64,000 nucleotides of DNA, taken from contig NC_092676.1 of the NCBI RefSeq assembly GCF_964355755.1, positions 19,486,871 to 19,550,870 on the forward strand, written 5' to 3'. The stretch comes from Antedon mediterranea (Eukaryota > Animalia > Echinodermata). Shown here piece after piece: positions 1-11,703 of this stretch. Position numbers and translations under genes: made by a program. Numbering within the stretch: position 1 is the stretch's first letter; every line of letters begins with the position of its first letter. The notes under the pieces are model-generated. The model was not told where the DNA came from, made no database searches, and worked only from the letters and a program-made list of their open reading frames with translations.

Positions 1-930
1 ATCTTTGTAGCCTGTTACTGCAGTTAGCGTATGATTTACATCCTTTGCCTGTCTTAATGTCAATTTAAATGATTTCTTCTATGCTTCTGCATCTTTTTAT
101 TCTTTCCACTTGACCAAACCAATGTAATCTGCATTTACTAATCTTTGTAGCCTGTTACTGCAGTTAGCATATGATTTACATCCTTTGCCTGTCCAAATAT
201 AAATTTAAATGATTTCTTCTATGCTTCTGCATCTTTTTATTCTCTCCACTTGACCAAACCAATGTAATCTGCATTTACTAATCTTTGTAGCCTGTTACTG
301 CAGTTAGCATATGATTTACATCCTTTGCCTGTCCTAATGTCAATTTAAATGATTTCTTCTCTGCTTCTGCATCTTTTTATTCTCTCCACTTGACCAAACC
401 AATGTAATCTGCATTTACTAATCTTTGTAGCCTGTTACTGCAGTTAGCATATGATTTACATCCTTTGCCTGTCCAAATATAAATTTAAATGATTTCTTCT
501 ATGCTTCTGCATCTTTTTATTCTCTCCACTTGACCAAACCAATGTAATCTGCATTTACTAATCTTTGTAGGCTGTTACTGCAGTTAGCATATGATTTACA
601 TCCTTTGCCTGTCCTAATGTCAATTTAAATGATTTCTTCTATGCTTCTGCATCTTTTTATTCTCTCCACTTGACCAAACCAATGTAATCTGCATTTACTA
701 ATCTTTGTAGCCTGTTACTGCAGTTAGCATATGATTTACATCCTTTGCCTGTCCAAATATAAATTTAAATGATTTCTTCTATGCTTCTGCATCTTTTTAT
801 TCTCTCCACTTGACCAAACCAATGTAATCTGCATTTACTAATCTTTGTAGCCTGTTACTGCAGTTAGCATATGATTTACATCCTTTGCCTGTCCAAATAT
901 AAATTTAAATTATTTCTTCTCTGCTTCTGC
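1..930. repeat. 140-bp tandem repeat, at least 6.6 copies (runs off the left edge), with alternating A/B monomer variants
   Basis: ATCTTTGTAG recurs at 1, 141, 281, 421, 561, 701 and 841; copies are near-identical and decay after ~910. Confidence 0.97.
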
Positions 931-2334
931 TTCTTTCTTCCTTCTCTTTTTCACTGTAACAGTGTAATCTACATTTATCATCATCATCATGCATCTTCTA
1001 TTCTCTAGGTAGAATTATTTGCATGAGGCACTATTATTAGCATAGTGTCTCATCAGTGTATTAAATAATAAAAAAAACTTTATCCACTAGATTTCAATGG
1101 GATAAAGTTGTTAAAATCCCTGTATATATAATCTAGTTTTCTAATCCAGTTCAAAGAATTGCCTGATTGTATTTTAATAACCTTTATTATTTATTCTAGT
1201 TTACTAATCCAATCAAAGAAAACAGACCTATAAATATTGAACAGAATTTGTCTTTCAATGCCATTATTTATATTCTAGTCTATCAATAAATATTAAAGTA
1301 CCTAATATTATTGAACTTAACTGTTTGATAAATGTAATATATAATAGCATATAATTTTTTGGGCTATTATTTTTTTTAATTCAAAATTACTTTAGTGAAA
1401 CAAATCAAACAGCGTTTAATGTATTTTAATGTGTTTAATGTAGGCTTGACGTTGAAGTCTAAATAGAATCTTAGTATCATATCTGTCTACATTGCTGGTG
1501 TTGGAGCCACGTGGATTAGTTTCATTTTTTGACACATTAATTCTGCTTAAGTTAAAATTGCAAGCTTATGATAATTGCATTCATGTTTTGGTAAAGCATG
1601 ATTAAAAATGTATTGTTTATATACAATTGTAACGTTAGGCTGGTTGACTAAGCTCTTCCTATTACAAATGGAGATATTTATTTTTTTTCTCTTTTTTTTT
1701 TTTTTTTTTGCTTTATTAAAAATCAACCAAAACACACGGAAAAATATCAAATTTATTTTAACTCTTTCTGTATTATTAAAAAAACACAAACATTATATTG
1801 ATTGAGTAGTGTATTACGATCTTCCTTTCCGTGACCTGTTTAAACAAGAAAAACTAAATGTATGTCTCATTTTTATCGTATTAGCTGACCTAATTCTTGT
1901 TTGTCATTCTATTTATGTACGTCAATTAAATTTACACAACATATAACATTGCCTGTATACATAATTTACATTACTATGTAATCTGAGATAGACTACGGAC
2001 GCCTTTGTCATACAAAGGGCACGGTTGGTACCTTTTTGCACAAATGAGATTGATTGATTGATTATTGATTATTTGGAGATTCAGTCATTTCTAATTTGAT
2101 TCTGCAAAGAGGCTAATTTGTGTCATCATGACCGGATTCTATATGAAGATCTGTTTCTGTTGCGAAGAAATAACTGGTTAACTAGTGTATGAAAACTTGC
2201 TTCAATTCCCAATTCGCAGCAGAAACTGAACAAAACAAATATTTACTGGTTTAATGGTGTTCTCATTTGCAATAACACTGGTCCACCGGCCGGCGAATGG
2301 TCAGTTAAATGTGTGGCAGACAAGTTAAATACTC

Positions 2335-2384
2335 AGATTTTACTGTGAACAATTTTAACTGGCCAATTGTTCACAGTAAAATCT
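2335..2384. other. Perfect inverted repeat (20-bp stem, 10-nt loop)
   Basis: AGATTTTACTGTGAACAATT (2335-2354) and its exact reverse complement AATTGTTCACAGTAAAATCT (2365-2384). Confidence 0.9.
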
Positions 2385-3389
2385 AACAAAGTATCATTCA
2401 ATAATTTTACTCAATTCACTTCTTCATGATTTCATTACAAAATCTCACACCTGAACTTTTGTACAAACATTATTTTGGTTGTTAATTGAAGGAGAGGGGA
2501 GGACCTGTAAAAATATGAATTTTACTGGTTCTCTTTTTAAAAAAAGCTGAATTGGTTTTAGAATTAACTGGTATTGTGATGCAGTACCGATGGGCCATCA
2601 ATTTATTATTATTAGTGGGTATTGGTGGTTAACATGCCGTCCAATCCCAAGGTCTGGGGTTCAATACTGACCTAGTGTCGGGGTTGTAACCCGCGCGCAT
2701 ATCTACTGCATGGTTTATCGATCTTGTAATTGGCGAATTTTTCATTGTCATTTTATTTTGTGCCTGCTTTGAAAACCAAATGGTAGATTCTGTAACTGAA
2801 AGCAAAAACCACATAAGTCTGCAACCGTTTCTAAGGTGCTGGATTTGTTCTTGTGCACCTCTCTCCACCTGTTAGTATGTTTTCCTATTGACCATTACTA
2901 AATATAAACATTAATTCTTTTCAGCATATTACTGATGAATGTGATAGAACATAGTCAGTCAGCTGCCTAATACATTTATAGTAGCCATATGGCCTAGATT
3001 AATGTTATGTTCCATTAAAGTTTATAACATTGATGTTCTTAACAATGTAGTACGGCGACATCCTTTCTGTTGCCATGCATGAACTTATGAAAATGTGATG
3101 TTTAGAATTTTACCATACCCCCTCTATAATAGGAATGATGTAAACATTGTATTATTGCGCAGGCAAGTTTGAAGCTAGTGCATTTTTAACCATGTATCTT
3201 GAAGGGGTTTGTGTTGGTGTCTATGCATATTGACCACTGGCAGGAAATCATACTGACCATTGGTTGGTGTACTAGTATCCAAGAAATAAAATGTTCCTTA
3301 AGAAATTTCAACTGGTTTCCTTTCAGGTTCCTGACATTGGTTGTGGATTCATTATTATACAAATAATAAATGTTTACGAGTGCAATGGT

Positions 3390-3486
3390 AAAAAATGTGA
3401 TGTAGCCATATGGGCATGATGATGTCATTTTACTACCATATTTAAGCATTATCACTACCATATTTGGGAATATCACACTTTTTTTA
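3390..3486 (+). mobile_element. Internal fragment of the ~160-bp PIF/Harbinger-like MITE family (full copy at 49748-49906)
   Basis: AAAAATGTGATGT...CATGATGATGTCAT...CACTACCATATTTGGG...ATCACACTTTT aligns by eye with the 49748 copy; the TIRs are lost. Confidence 0.75.
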
Positions 3487-4536
3487 CTCTGAGTAAAGTA
3501 GATTAATATGAACAGCATCAATTACCTGTAATAGTGTATCTAAACATTTGCACTACAAATATGCATCATTGCATATTATTTGTTTACTTTCATAATCTAT
3601 TTTGAAACCAGAAACCAATGTGTTCTATATTAATATCATCAGAATATTATATTATAATTCAAATTGTGTTTAGTGAAGATTGATAAAGTACAATAACATT
3701 TGCACTGTTGATGAGAATATACCAGTATTTAAAAGCTGAACATCAAATTACTTTATATTATTAAGTTAAAAGTAGAACTACTGTCTATGCTTTACTTCTA
3801 AAGCCCTTTTCACATAGAATTGCGGCAATATCCCAGTAAAGCAAGCCGGTATTATTGCCGGTCTAGACCCATTCACACAGAAGGTAATATTACGGTAATT
3901 TTACCGTTTTCTGTGTGAAAGGCCACAGTGAAAAGGCGCAATATTTAAAGATTACTGTCTTCATAAAATAGAGGTCGATCGAACTTATTTAGAAAAAAAA
4001 ATGGCGGGCACCGTCGACAAAACATACCATGCACGCACATGTTTGCCACTATTAACTGCCCAACACCACTAATAACTGCCCGATCGTGATGGCCATTCTA
4101 CAGAAACAAAATCTATTGGGCCTACAAATAGACGCGAATTTAATTATCAGAAGCTGTTATGAGCTAGCACCAGGTGCGCGCACCGGAGGATGTTTCTGCT
4201 AGAACTATGCTAACTAGGGCCTAGGCTTACGTACGTTACAGCAATTAGTTAAATAATCTTTGGACCAATCTGTTATATTTTTATTATTATTGACCGTATT
4301 CTTCCATTGTACTATTTACACACTAACCTAAAAAAATGAATATTATATATCTAATAATTTGGCCTAAAATAATCCTAATTGCAATACCAGAATATTTTTC
4401 TCATGGCCAGTGCCTTTTATGAGACTTAGTTTTGAAGGGTTGGGTGCAAGGCATATTCTTTTTTCGTGTTAAAAAAAAATTTACAAAAGTTTGTTCAAAC
4501 AGAAGCTTCAGCAAGTGATTCAAAGACAGAGCTTAC

Positions 4537-4618
4537 CCATATATGGACATGATTGTGTCATATCACTATCATATTTGGGCATATCACCACCATATTTGGA
4601 CAACACGTCAAACTAGTT
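4537..4618 (+). mobile_element. Internal fragment of the same ~160-bp MITE family
   Basis: CCCATATATGGACATGA...CATATCACTATCATATTTGGGCATATCAC...GTCAAACTAGTT matches 49796-49888. Confidence 0.75.
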
Positions 4619-4771
4619 AAGTCCATTCCAGCTGACTCCCACAGCATAGAGAAAATAGAACTATACCATATTTCCATGACTGTAATATTTTAAGAACATA
4701 AATAATTTTAATGTTGACATGATTGTTTCCAAAATTACTACTAATAGTATTTCTGTTTTAAAAGTCTTTAA

Positions 4772-5700
4772 AATGGACCTGAAATGGAATTTCGATTTTC
4801 AAGAAATTCACACATGTTATTTAAATGTATCAAATTAACACAAAACCACACAAATAAAAACAAAATGTATAGTATTTTGAGTAAAAACGAAATTTTAAGA
4901 TACCATGGTAAATTAGCGAAAATTACTCACGCCATTGCAATATTCTATTTCAACGGCCGTCGGAAGCCTCTATATTCACGACGTCACATATACATACGAT
5001 GATATCGAGAGCGTGTATGCCGCCCGATAGTCAGTGAATGATCGACGGCCTGGAAAGATACGCGAAGCGTTGACACTAATACTAATTTATTCAATATCTA
5101 ATGTTGTTGAAATATAGGTCCCTAAAATATACTTCGTTTGTTCTAAAACCCGAATTTAGAAGGCCTACCTCCCAAACCTTTACTAGGCCTAGGCCCCCAA
5201 TCCAGAGCGCGGAGTCGATCCACCACCCACATCATGCGGCGAGGCTCCGTTTCATGTGTATCCAAGGACCAAAGCGATATCAACAACTTGCTGCGCTCAT
5301 TGTCAAGCCAAAGTAAAATATGAATAAAATTCGTTTTCGAACTGCCTGATTCGTGACAAATAAATTATCATCTCATATTACTAATTTAATTCTGCTATTA
5401 ACTAAAAACTAAAGAAACTAACACATTTTAGCAGTATAAATTACGAACGATATACAAAATACACGAACGGAAAATATGGATACGCATCATTGCGCACGGA
5501 GCTGTATCCCGGACAACGTTGCCAGGCCAACTTCGGTATTCGGTAAGTGACGTCACCCGCGAATTTTTTTGATTTTCAAATGGGCTTTCCCCAAAAGGGC
5601 CAATTTATATTTTGTAACAATATACATTCTAGCAACACCTAATAGCCCCCAAAACATCATTCTAAAATGAAAAAAATCGAAAATCCATTTCAGGTCCATT
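4772..5700. mobile_element. Complete non-autonomous TTAA-specific DNA transposon (Kolobok-like), 929 bp
   Basis: 27-bp TIR AATGGACCTGAAATGGA(A/T)TTTCGATTT with 1 mismatch; TTAA at 4768-4771 and 5701-5704. Purine-purine termini fit Kolobok rather than piggyBac (CC). CpG-rich interior, no transposase ORF. Confidence 0.85.
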
Positions 5701-5751
5701 TTAAAAGGATTTGTTAGTTAAAATCAAAATATTGAATTAATATGAAATCCT

Positions 5752-6137
5752 CTACCACCTTTTGGATGGCATCCATTTACAGATTATTTTTAAAGAAAAA
5801 TAATCGCAGAAAAAGATTTTAATGAATTATTTATTTCAAGTACAAAAAAACCTTTATACAAGCATCCATCGTCGTAGGTTGGCCATCGCAACCGCTTTAG
5901 CCGTTAGCAAAAGGAACTAAGTTAAAAAATGAAAATCAGTGCCTACCACCTTTTGGATGGCTTCTAATTGCATTTTATTTTTAGAGCAAAAATAATCATA
6001 GAAAGATTTTAATGAATTATGTATTTTTAGTACAAAAAACCTTTATACTTGGCATCCATCGTCGTAGGTCGGCCATCGCAACCTTTTTAGCCGACAGCAA
6101 AAGGAACTATAAGTTTAAAAATGAAAATCAGTGCCTA
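5752..6137. repeat. Two-copy tandem duplication, ~191-bp unit
   Basis: CTACCACCTTTTGGATGGC at ~5752 and ~5943; GCATCCATCGTCGTAGGT and AATGAAAATCAGTGCCTA each occur twice. Confidence 0.9.
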
Positions 6138-6489
6138 AGGGCTTCACTTTACAGGTTAGGTCAATAAATATATATTCCTAAGCAGTTCTATAATCAACCT
6201 ACTTTTGCATTTAAGTCAGATGTGATAATAAAAGTGATTTACCGCATGGTTATCAGAAATTGAAATGTATTTCATAAAGTATTACCTTATACAGTACTAC
6301 CTTTCTGTTTCAGCTTACTTTTTCCTTTTTTTGCCGAACCTTTATAATATTGTGCTTTTTGGGAAATTAATGCAAAGTTCTTACAATGCCGACAATGTCA
6401 GGCAAATTGTAGTGGCATTTGATAATAAAATAGAAAGCATGTAATGGATAGCAAAAAAGAAGAGGGTTGCTGCTCCTTGTTTCAGTGTT

Positions 6490-7540
6490 AAATATAGGTT
6501 GCTTTTCAATAGAAATGAATACTTTTGAGACATAGTTATGTTATGGTTAATATTATTGAATTCAAACAGATGGTTTGCTCATTTTTATATTGGAGAAATA
6601 TAGGTTCCTTTTTAATAATATCCACTTTTTGCAATCATGGTTTTTAAACAATTTAAATCAAGCTTTTTTTTTTTCATATGTGTAAATGTAGGTTCTTTCT
6701 CAATAAAAACCAATTCAGGCAACCAGGAAAAGATGCAAGAAAGTACAGTTTTGTATCTTTTTCTGTATGTAAATGTTGGTTCTTCCTCAAAAACAACCTC
6801 TTTTGGTTATCATGGTTATAAGTAAAGATTTAAAAAAATCTACTTTCCGTATGCAATTATAGGTTGTTCCTCAATAAGAACCACTTCTGGCAAGATATAA
6901 TGTTTTCTATTATTATTTTTCAGACAATTTTTGATGCATTTCCCATATTTTATTTTTGTATGTAAAAGGTTCTTCCTCAATAACAACAACTTCTGCCAAT
7001 CAGAGGTACCAATGGTATCATATTTTCCAGAAAATTTTTTATCCTTTTTTCCATATTTTCCAGAAAAATTTTCATCTTTTTTTCAGATTTTTCAGACAAT
7101 GATTATATATTTTTAAAATATTTTCCAGATAATTGTTTATCAATAGAGAAAGGACCATTTTTCATATTTTTTTTTAGGTTCTTCCTCAATAACAACCACT
7201 TCTAGCTACCAGGTTTTAAGTACAGAAGAAAAGACAACGTTTATCATTTTTTAATATAAATATAGGTTTCTTCTCAACAACAACATTTCAACTATTTCTA
7301 TTATCCACATTTAAGTAATATACAAGAAAAAGAACTCTTCTAAATATAGGTTCTTCCTCAATAACAACCACTTTTGGGGATCTAAGTAGGAGCAAGAAAG
7401 TATACAAAAAGAATATTATGGAAACCATATCATTCACCAGGTTTTAGTTTAGATTTTTGAAAAAAATATTCCATCTTTTTGTATTGTTTGTATACATAGG
7501 TTCCTCTTTATTATCAACCACCTCTGATACCAGGTAATAG
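6490..7540 (+). repeat. Degenerate tandem array, ~10 copies of a ~35-bp core with a base period of ~85-88 bp
   Basis: Core consensus AG-GTTCTTCCTCAATAACAACCACTTCTGG starts at ~6498, 6604, 6692, 6779, 6863, 6969, 7178, 7266, 7350 and 7500. Confidence 0.8.
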
Positions 7541-8004
7541 AGGAAGAAGGTGAAGAAGATTTGTACATTTTTAATCAAACCTCCGCCCATTCCCTCCACT
7601 TCCTCTCCCCGAGCATTAAAGCAAAATTTAATAGTACCCAGCATGTTACTCCCATATCCCAATTAAAACAACCTCCGTTCAAAACTCTTACAACTGGCCT
7701 GAATCTTCTTTTAATTGATTGGACCACCCTTGTTAAAATTGTGAATAAATGAATAAAGTTCTAATTAAAGCGGATATTGACTCTTGCCATGAGCAAAAAA
7801 AGTTTGGGAAAGAACAAATATTGTTACCTCTGGGTGAACTATTTATAAACTGCAAATTACATACTATAATTGTATAGTATATAGTATTAAATTATGTATG
7901 TAAAAATCAAACTATCCTTCAGTGAAGTGAAAGTGAAACTACATTGGTAATAATTATATATGAACATTAACGGAAGAGTAAAGGGGTTTGATTTAAAATG
8001 CATA

Positions 8005-8090
8005 GATAGTCCTCCTAAGGGATCGAATCCAGTGTGCTGTGACAGATAGATGGCAAGACTGTTGAGCCTACCGTTCTTGTAGGCCGTCAC
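8005..8090 (-). mobile_element. Degenerate tRNA-derived SINE-like head
   Basis: Minus strand has a B-box-like GGATTCGATCCC preceded by a tRNA-length segment; the A box is poor. Confidence 0.35.
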
Positions 8091-8485
8091 TACTTAATCT
8101 TGTTGTTTGTCACCCCGGAGGACATCTTTAATGATTCAAGGTCCAAAGATATACGGATATCTATCGGTACCATGGATTTACTTTCAATCGATACTGATTT
8201 GTGTGTATGAATTGCCGACAGTCTGTCTCATTTAGATAACATTACAGTCAACTAATGTATTTTTACATTAAATCAATCCAGTGTAGTGTACAGTTCTTGG
8301 TATTAATGTAAAGCTCATCTTGATTGTCGTTTCATTTAGCTTATCCCGCCTCATTGATTTACATTGTTTATCGGTTTTGTTGTGTTTTCTCAAATTAAGA
8401 ACAGTAACCACCAGTGTGTGTTGTTGGTGCTAAGATTCATTTTTATATAAGATACATGTGTTCACATGCAATAAGAGCCTGTGTA

Positions 8486-8573
8486 CGCTGATGTACCTCC
8501 GATATAACGCTGATGTACCTCCGATACAATGCTGATGTACCTCCGATATAATGCTGATATCCGTCCAATATAA
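8486..8573. repeat. 22-bp minisatellite, 4 copies
   Basis: (C/T)GCTGATGTACCTCCGATATAA repeated, last copy diverged. Confidence 0.9.
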
Positions 8574-9310
8574 ACCTATAATTTCACACTAGTATTAGTA
8601 GTGCCCAATGTTGGAAAAAACTTCACCTTTTTTATTATACACAATATAAAATTATGTGGGGTTGAGTATCCCTTGGACAACCTTCTCCCATACTCGACTC
8701 TTGATCCAAATATGGTACTATGACTGTATTCAAACTCATGAATAACAAAGTGTATCCAATACAGATTGTTTGTAATCTTTGTCCGTTATGAGTGACCATA
8801 TTTCTGTTTTGTTGTACTGTCCTTTGAAACTTGAAAAATTACCCAGTTTGATGCTTCTTATATAAATTAAGAGGTATAAAATATTATATTTCATCTCTTT
8901 CTCATTTTTGTTTATGTTTTTTTCTTTCTTCCCTGTTGACCATGGTTTTCAGTTTTATTACAAGATTATTGATATAGAGAACTATATGACAGTGTTATGT
9001 TATTAAAAGAGAAACAGACAAATTTATGGTTTTTACATAGACTTCCATGATCTGGCCTTGAGTGTTAAGTCTTGATTCCACTGAGAACAAATTCAAGTTT
9101 ATCTGTCTCATGTAAACAACACATGAAAATGAAAGATGATTTTAATATAATTACCAAATGTAATTGTAAGTGAAATTTAATGCATATGTTTCGCCAGATT
9201 TTTTTTTGAAAGGTGATAATTTTGATCTAGATTTGAGTCCTCAAAATGAACAAATGCTTAGCAATACCACATTTAATGTTAGTAAATGAAGTGCAGTTAA
9301 AGCCTTAATC

Positions 9311-9439
9311 AAGTTGGTTTCCATTACAACGCAATAACGCAGACACGTCGCTACGCAAGTGAGTTGACCAATCGACAGTTTGGATGATCCATTGCATCGT
9401 GATTGGTTATAGTACTTGCCTCCAGACGGGAACCAAGCT
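9311..9439. mobile_element. Decayed small MITE, probably PIF/Harbinger-like
   Basis: Ends AAGTTGGTTTCC and GGGAACCAAGCT are imperfect inverted repeats; internal inverted ACCAATC/GATTGGT; related fragment at ~41375-41445. Confidence 0.55.
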
Positions 9440-10689
9440 TAATTACCTGATGTACCATAAATGCTCCATATTGGGTTCATATAAGGCCAAATTGACTGGT
9501 CGCTTTAAAACCGAGTTTGATCAAATTCATTTCCTTGATGATAAAATTACTGAAATTGACTTCAAAATATGTTTCTGATGAGCTAATGGGTTAAATTTGC
9601 AGTAACTACAAAAGGGGTTAATAATTGTCATAAATGCCATTTATATGCAATACCTTTACTGTGTAAATGGGCTTTAAAAATGTTGAATCATACTTCTTTT
9701 TTCTTCTAACCAATGAGTATTGAGAACGTGCTACCACTTTCCTCGGCTAATCGATACTGTGTACAAATTATTGCCTCGATTTACATAATTAAAAATAAAT
9801 TTGTTACCTTGAACACATTAAATTCCGTTTCTATATATAATTACTATATAATTCAATGTATCCTTTTCGTTACAATGTATTGTTAGATTTTGTCCTTGGA
9901 ATACAGTATTTATGAATTCATCAATAACTAAGGCATTATTGTATTAAAAGAATAATCAAATATATATAAAATATGATATTAATTTCATAATCATACTTTA
10001 CATATCTACAAGGTTGTTTCATTCAACAGATGTTGATTCATTGTCTTCTAAAAGGGAGCAATGCCCAGACGAACGTTTCATAATAAACATGATGCGGCAT
10101 GAAATATTGCATTATACCAATTAATTATACTTTGTATTATATACCATATACATAGATTCCAGGTGCCTGATTGGTCAAAAAAACAGGTAACTCCAACTTT
10201 CATTAGTATCTCAGGAAAAAATAACTGCTACTGTATATTTTTCCCTCAATGATAGTAATTTTCTTCCTGTTGTGTGTTTATTGTATGCTTATGAATAATG
10301 TCACTGCGACCTCTATTTTTAAACATAAAGAAAAATATTTGTTAAAAAAGGAAACAATAATATATATAACACATCTGAGTGTATTCTTGCCATTTGATTG
10401 GTTAATTTTATATCATGTGCCGTGCAGTGATAGTTCTATTAGAATGCATACATTAAAAAATTTATTAAATACTGTTTATTATTCTGTAAGTTAATTAGGC
10501 CTGAATACGAGATTATTCATAATAAGTATTCCAATTAAAAATGATGGCAATTGATATTTACTATATAACTAAAATCAGCAATCAGGTTAAACTAAGTCCT
10601 TGGAAATATGTTGTAATTTAGTGAAAAAAAAAATATGTTAATTACTTTTTTTTTATGATATGAAGGAAAGTAACAAATAATGTATGTTA

Positions 10690-11458
10690 CCGTAAATCTT
10701 CTAATTGTAACCCTGGGTTATTATTATTTGATTGTTTTTTAGGGTGGGTTACTATTAGAAGGGGGGTTACAAATAGAGTAGTGGGAATTACTATTAGAGT
10801 AGTGGTTTACTATTATTAATCTTAATTAGGCACCTGAAAATAGTAACCCACCTCAACTTTTCCGTTCAGCAACTCATAGCAAAGTAATAAAACAGTACAA
10901 ATAAACAAATTTGGTTGAACTCTAACTTTATTCTATAAACTCAAAAACACTCAATTCTCCCCAACTCCCAAGATCAACATGCATTATCTCCTTATTTTCC
11001 AAATACAGCTGCATCATAAGTTTTTGTGACTCTAATAGTAACCCCTTTGGATTACTATTAGAGTAGTGGGTTATTATTATAAATTGACTTTTGGGTTACT
11101 ATTAGAAGGTGGGTTACTATTAGAGTGTGGGTTACTATTAGAGTGTGGGTTACTATTAGAGTGCGGGTTACTATTAGAGTGCGGGTTACTATTAGAGTGC
11201 GGGTTACTATTAGAGTGCGGGTTACTATTAGAGTGCGGGTTACTATTAGAGTGCGGGTTACTATTAGAGTGCGGGTTACTATTAGAGTGCGGGTTACTAT
11301 TAGAGTGCGGGTTACTATTAGAGTGCGGGTTACTATTAGAGTGCGGGTTACTATTAGAGTGCGGGTTACTATTAGAGTGCGGGTTACTATTAGAGTGCGG
11401 GTTACTATTAGAGTGCGGGTTACTATTAGAGTGTGGGTTATTATTAGAAGATTTACGG
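10690..11458. mobile_element. Non-autonomous Tc1/mariner-type (TA-TSD) element containing an expanded 18-bp array
   Basis: 24-bp TIR CCGTAAATCTTCTAAT(TG/AA)TAACCC with 2 mismatches; TA at 10688-10689 and 11459-11460. Confidence 0.85.
11093..11449. repeat. 18-bp minisatellite GGGTTACTATTAGAGTGC, ~20 copies
   Basis: Read directly; central copies are identical. Explains the three overlapping repetitive ORFs. Confidence 0.98.
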
Positions 11459-11649
11459 TATGTGCTGTCAGAAATGTAATTTAATGGTGGGAAGGGGATT
11501 TGTTTGACCACTGGCCTTGACTAAATCCTAATGGAAAATTTCCCATTACCAAATGAAGTTGGATATTTCTAGAGTTAAAAGTAATCATTCAAAAACATTT
11601 ATTTATATTTCTGTATATTTTTGTATCTGTATATATAGTAGAGCGATAT

Positions 11650-11703
11650 ATCTTCTTGTTAATCTTCTTGTTAATCTTCTTGTTAATCTTCTTGTTAATC
11701 TTC
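11650..11703. repeat. 12-bp tandem repeat ATCTTCTTGTTA, ~4.5 copies
   Basis: Read directly. Confidence 0.95.

Noticed and set aside
6490-7540. CRISPR-like repeat-spacer array
   Set aside because: Repeats are degenerate, spacers vary widely in length and resemble each other, there are no cas genes, and the context is eukaryotic.
3801-9676. One large Harbinger-like element bounded by AAGCCCTTTTCACA (3801) and TGTGTAAATGGGCTT (~9675)
   Set aside because: The ends match only loosely and the interior is a patchwork of unrelated repeats; more likely two separate remnants.
11093-11449. Interstitial telomere or G-quadruplex, because of GGGTTA
   Set aside because: The period is 18 bp, not 6; G-runs are ~15 nt apart; the motif is explained by the element's TIR.
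11066-11511. Three overlapping ORFs of 119-144 aa (LLLECG, SNSNPH and VRVTIR repeats)
   Set aside because: Artefacts of an 18-bp (3n) minisatellite inside a MITE.
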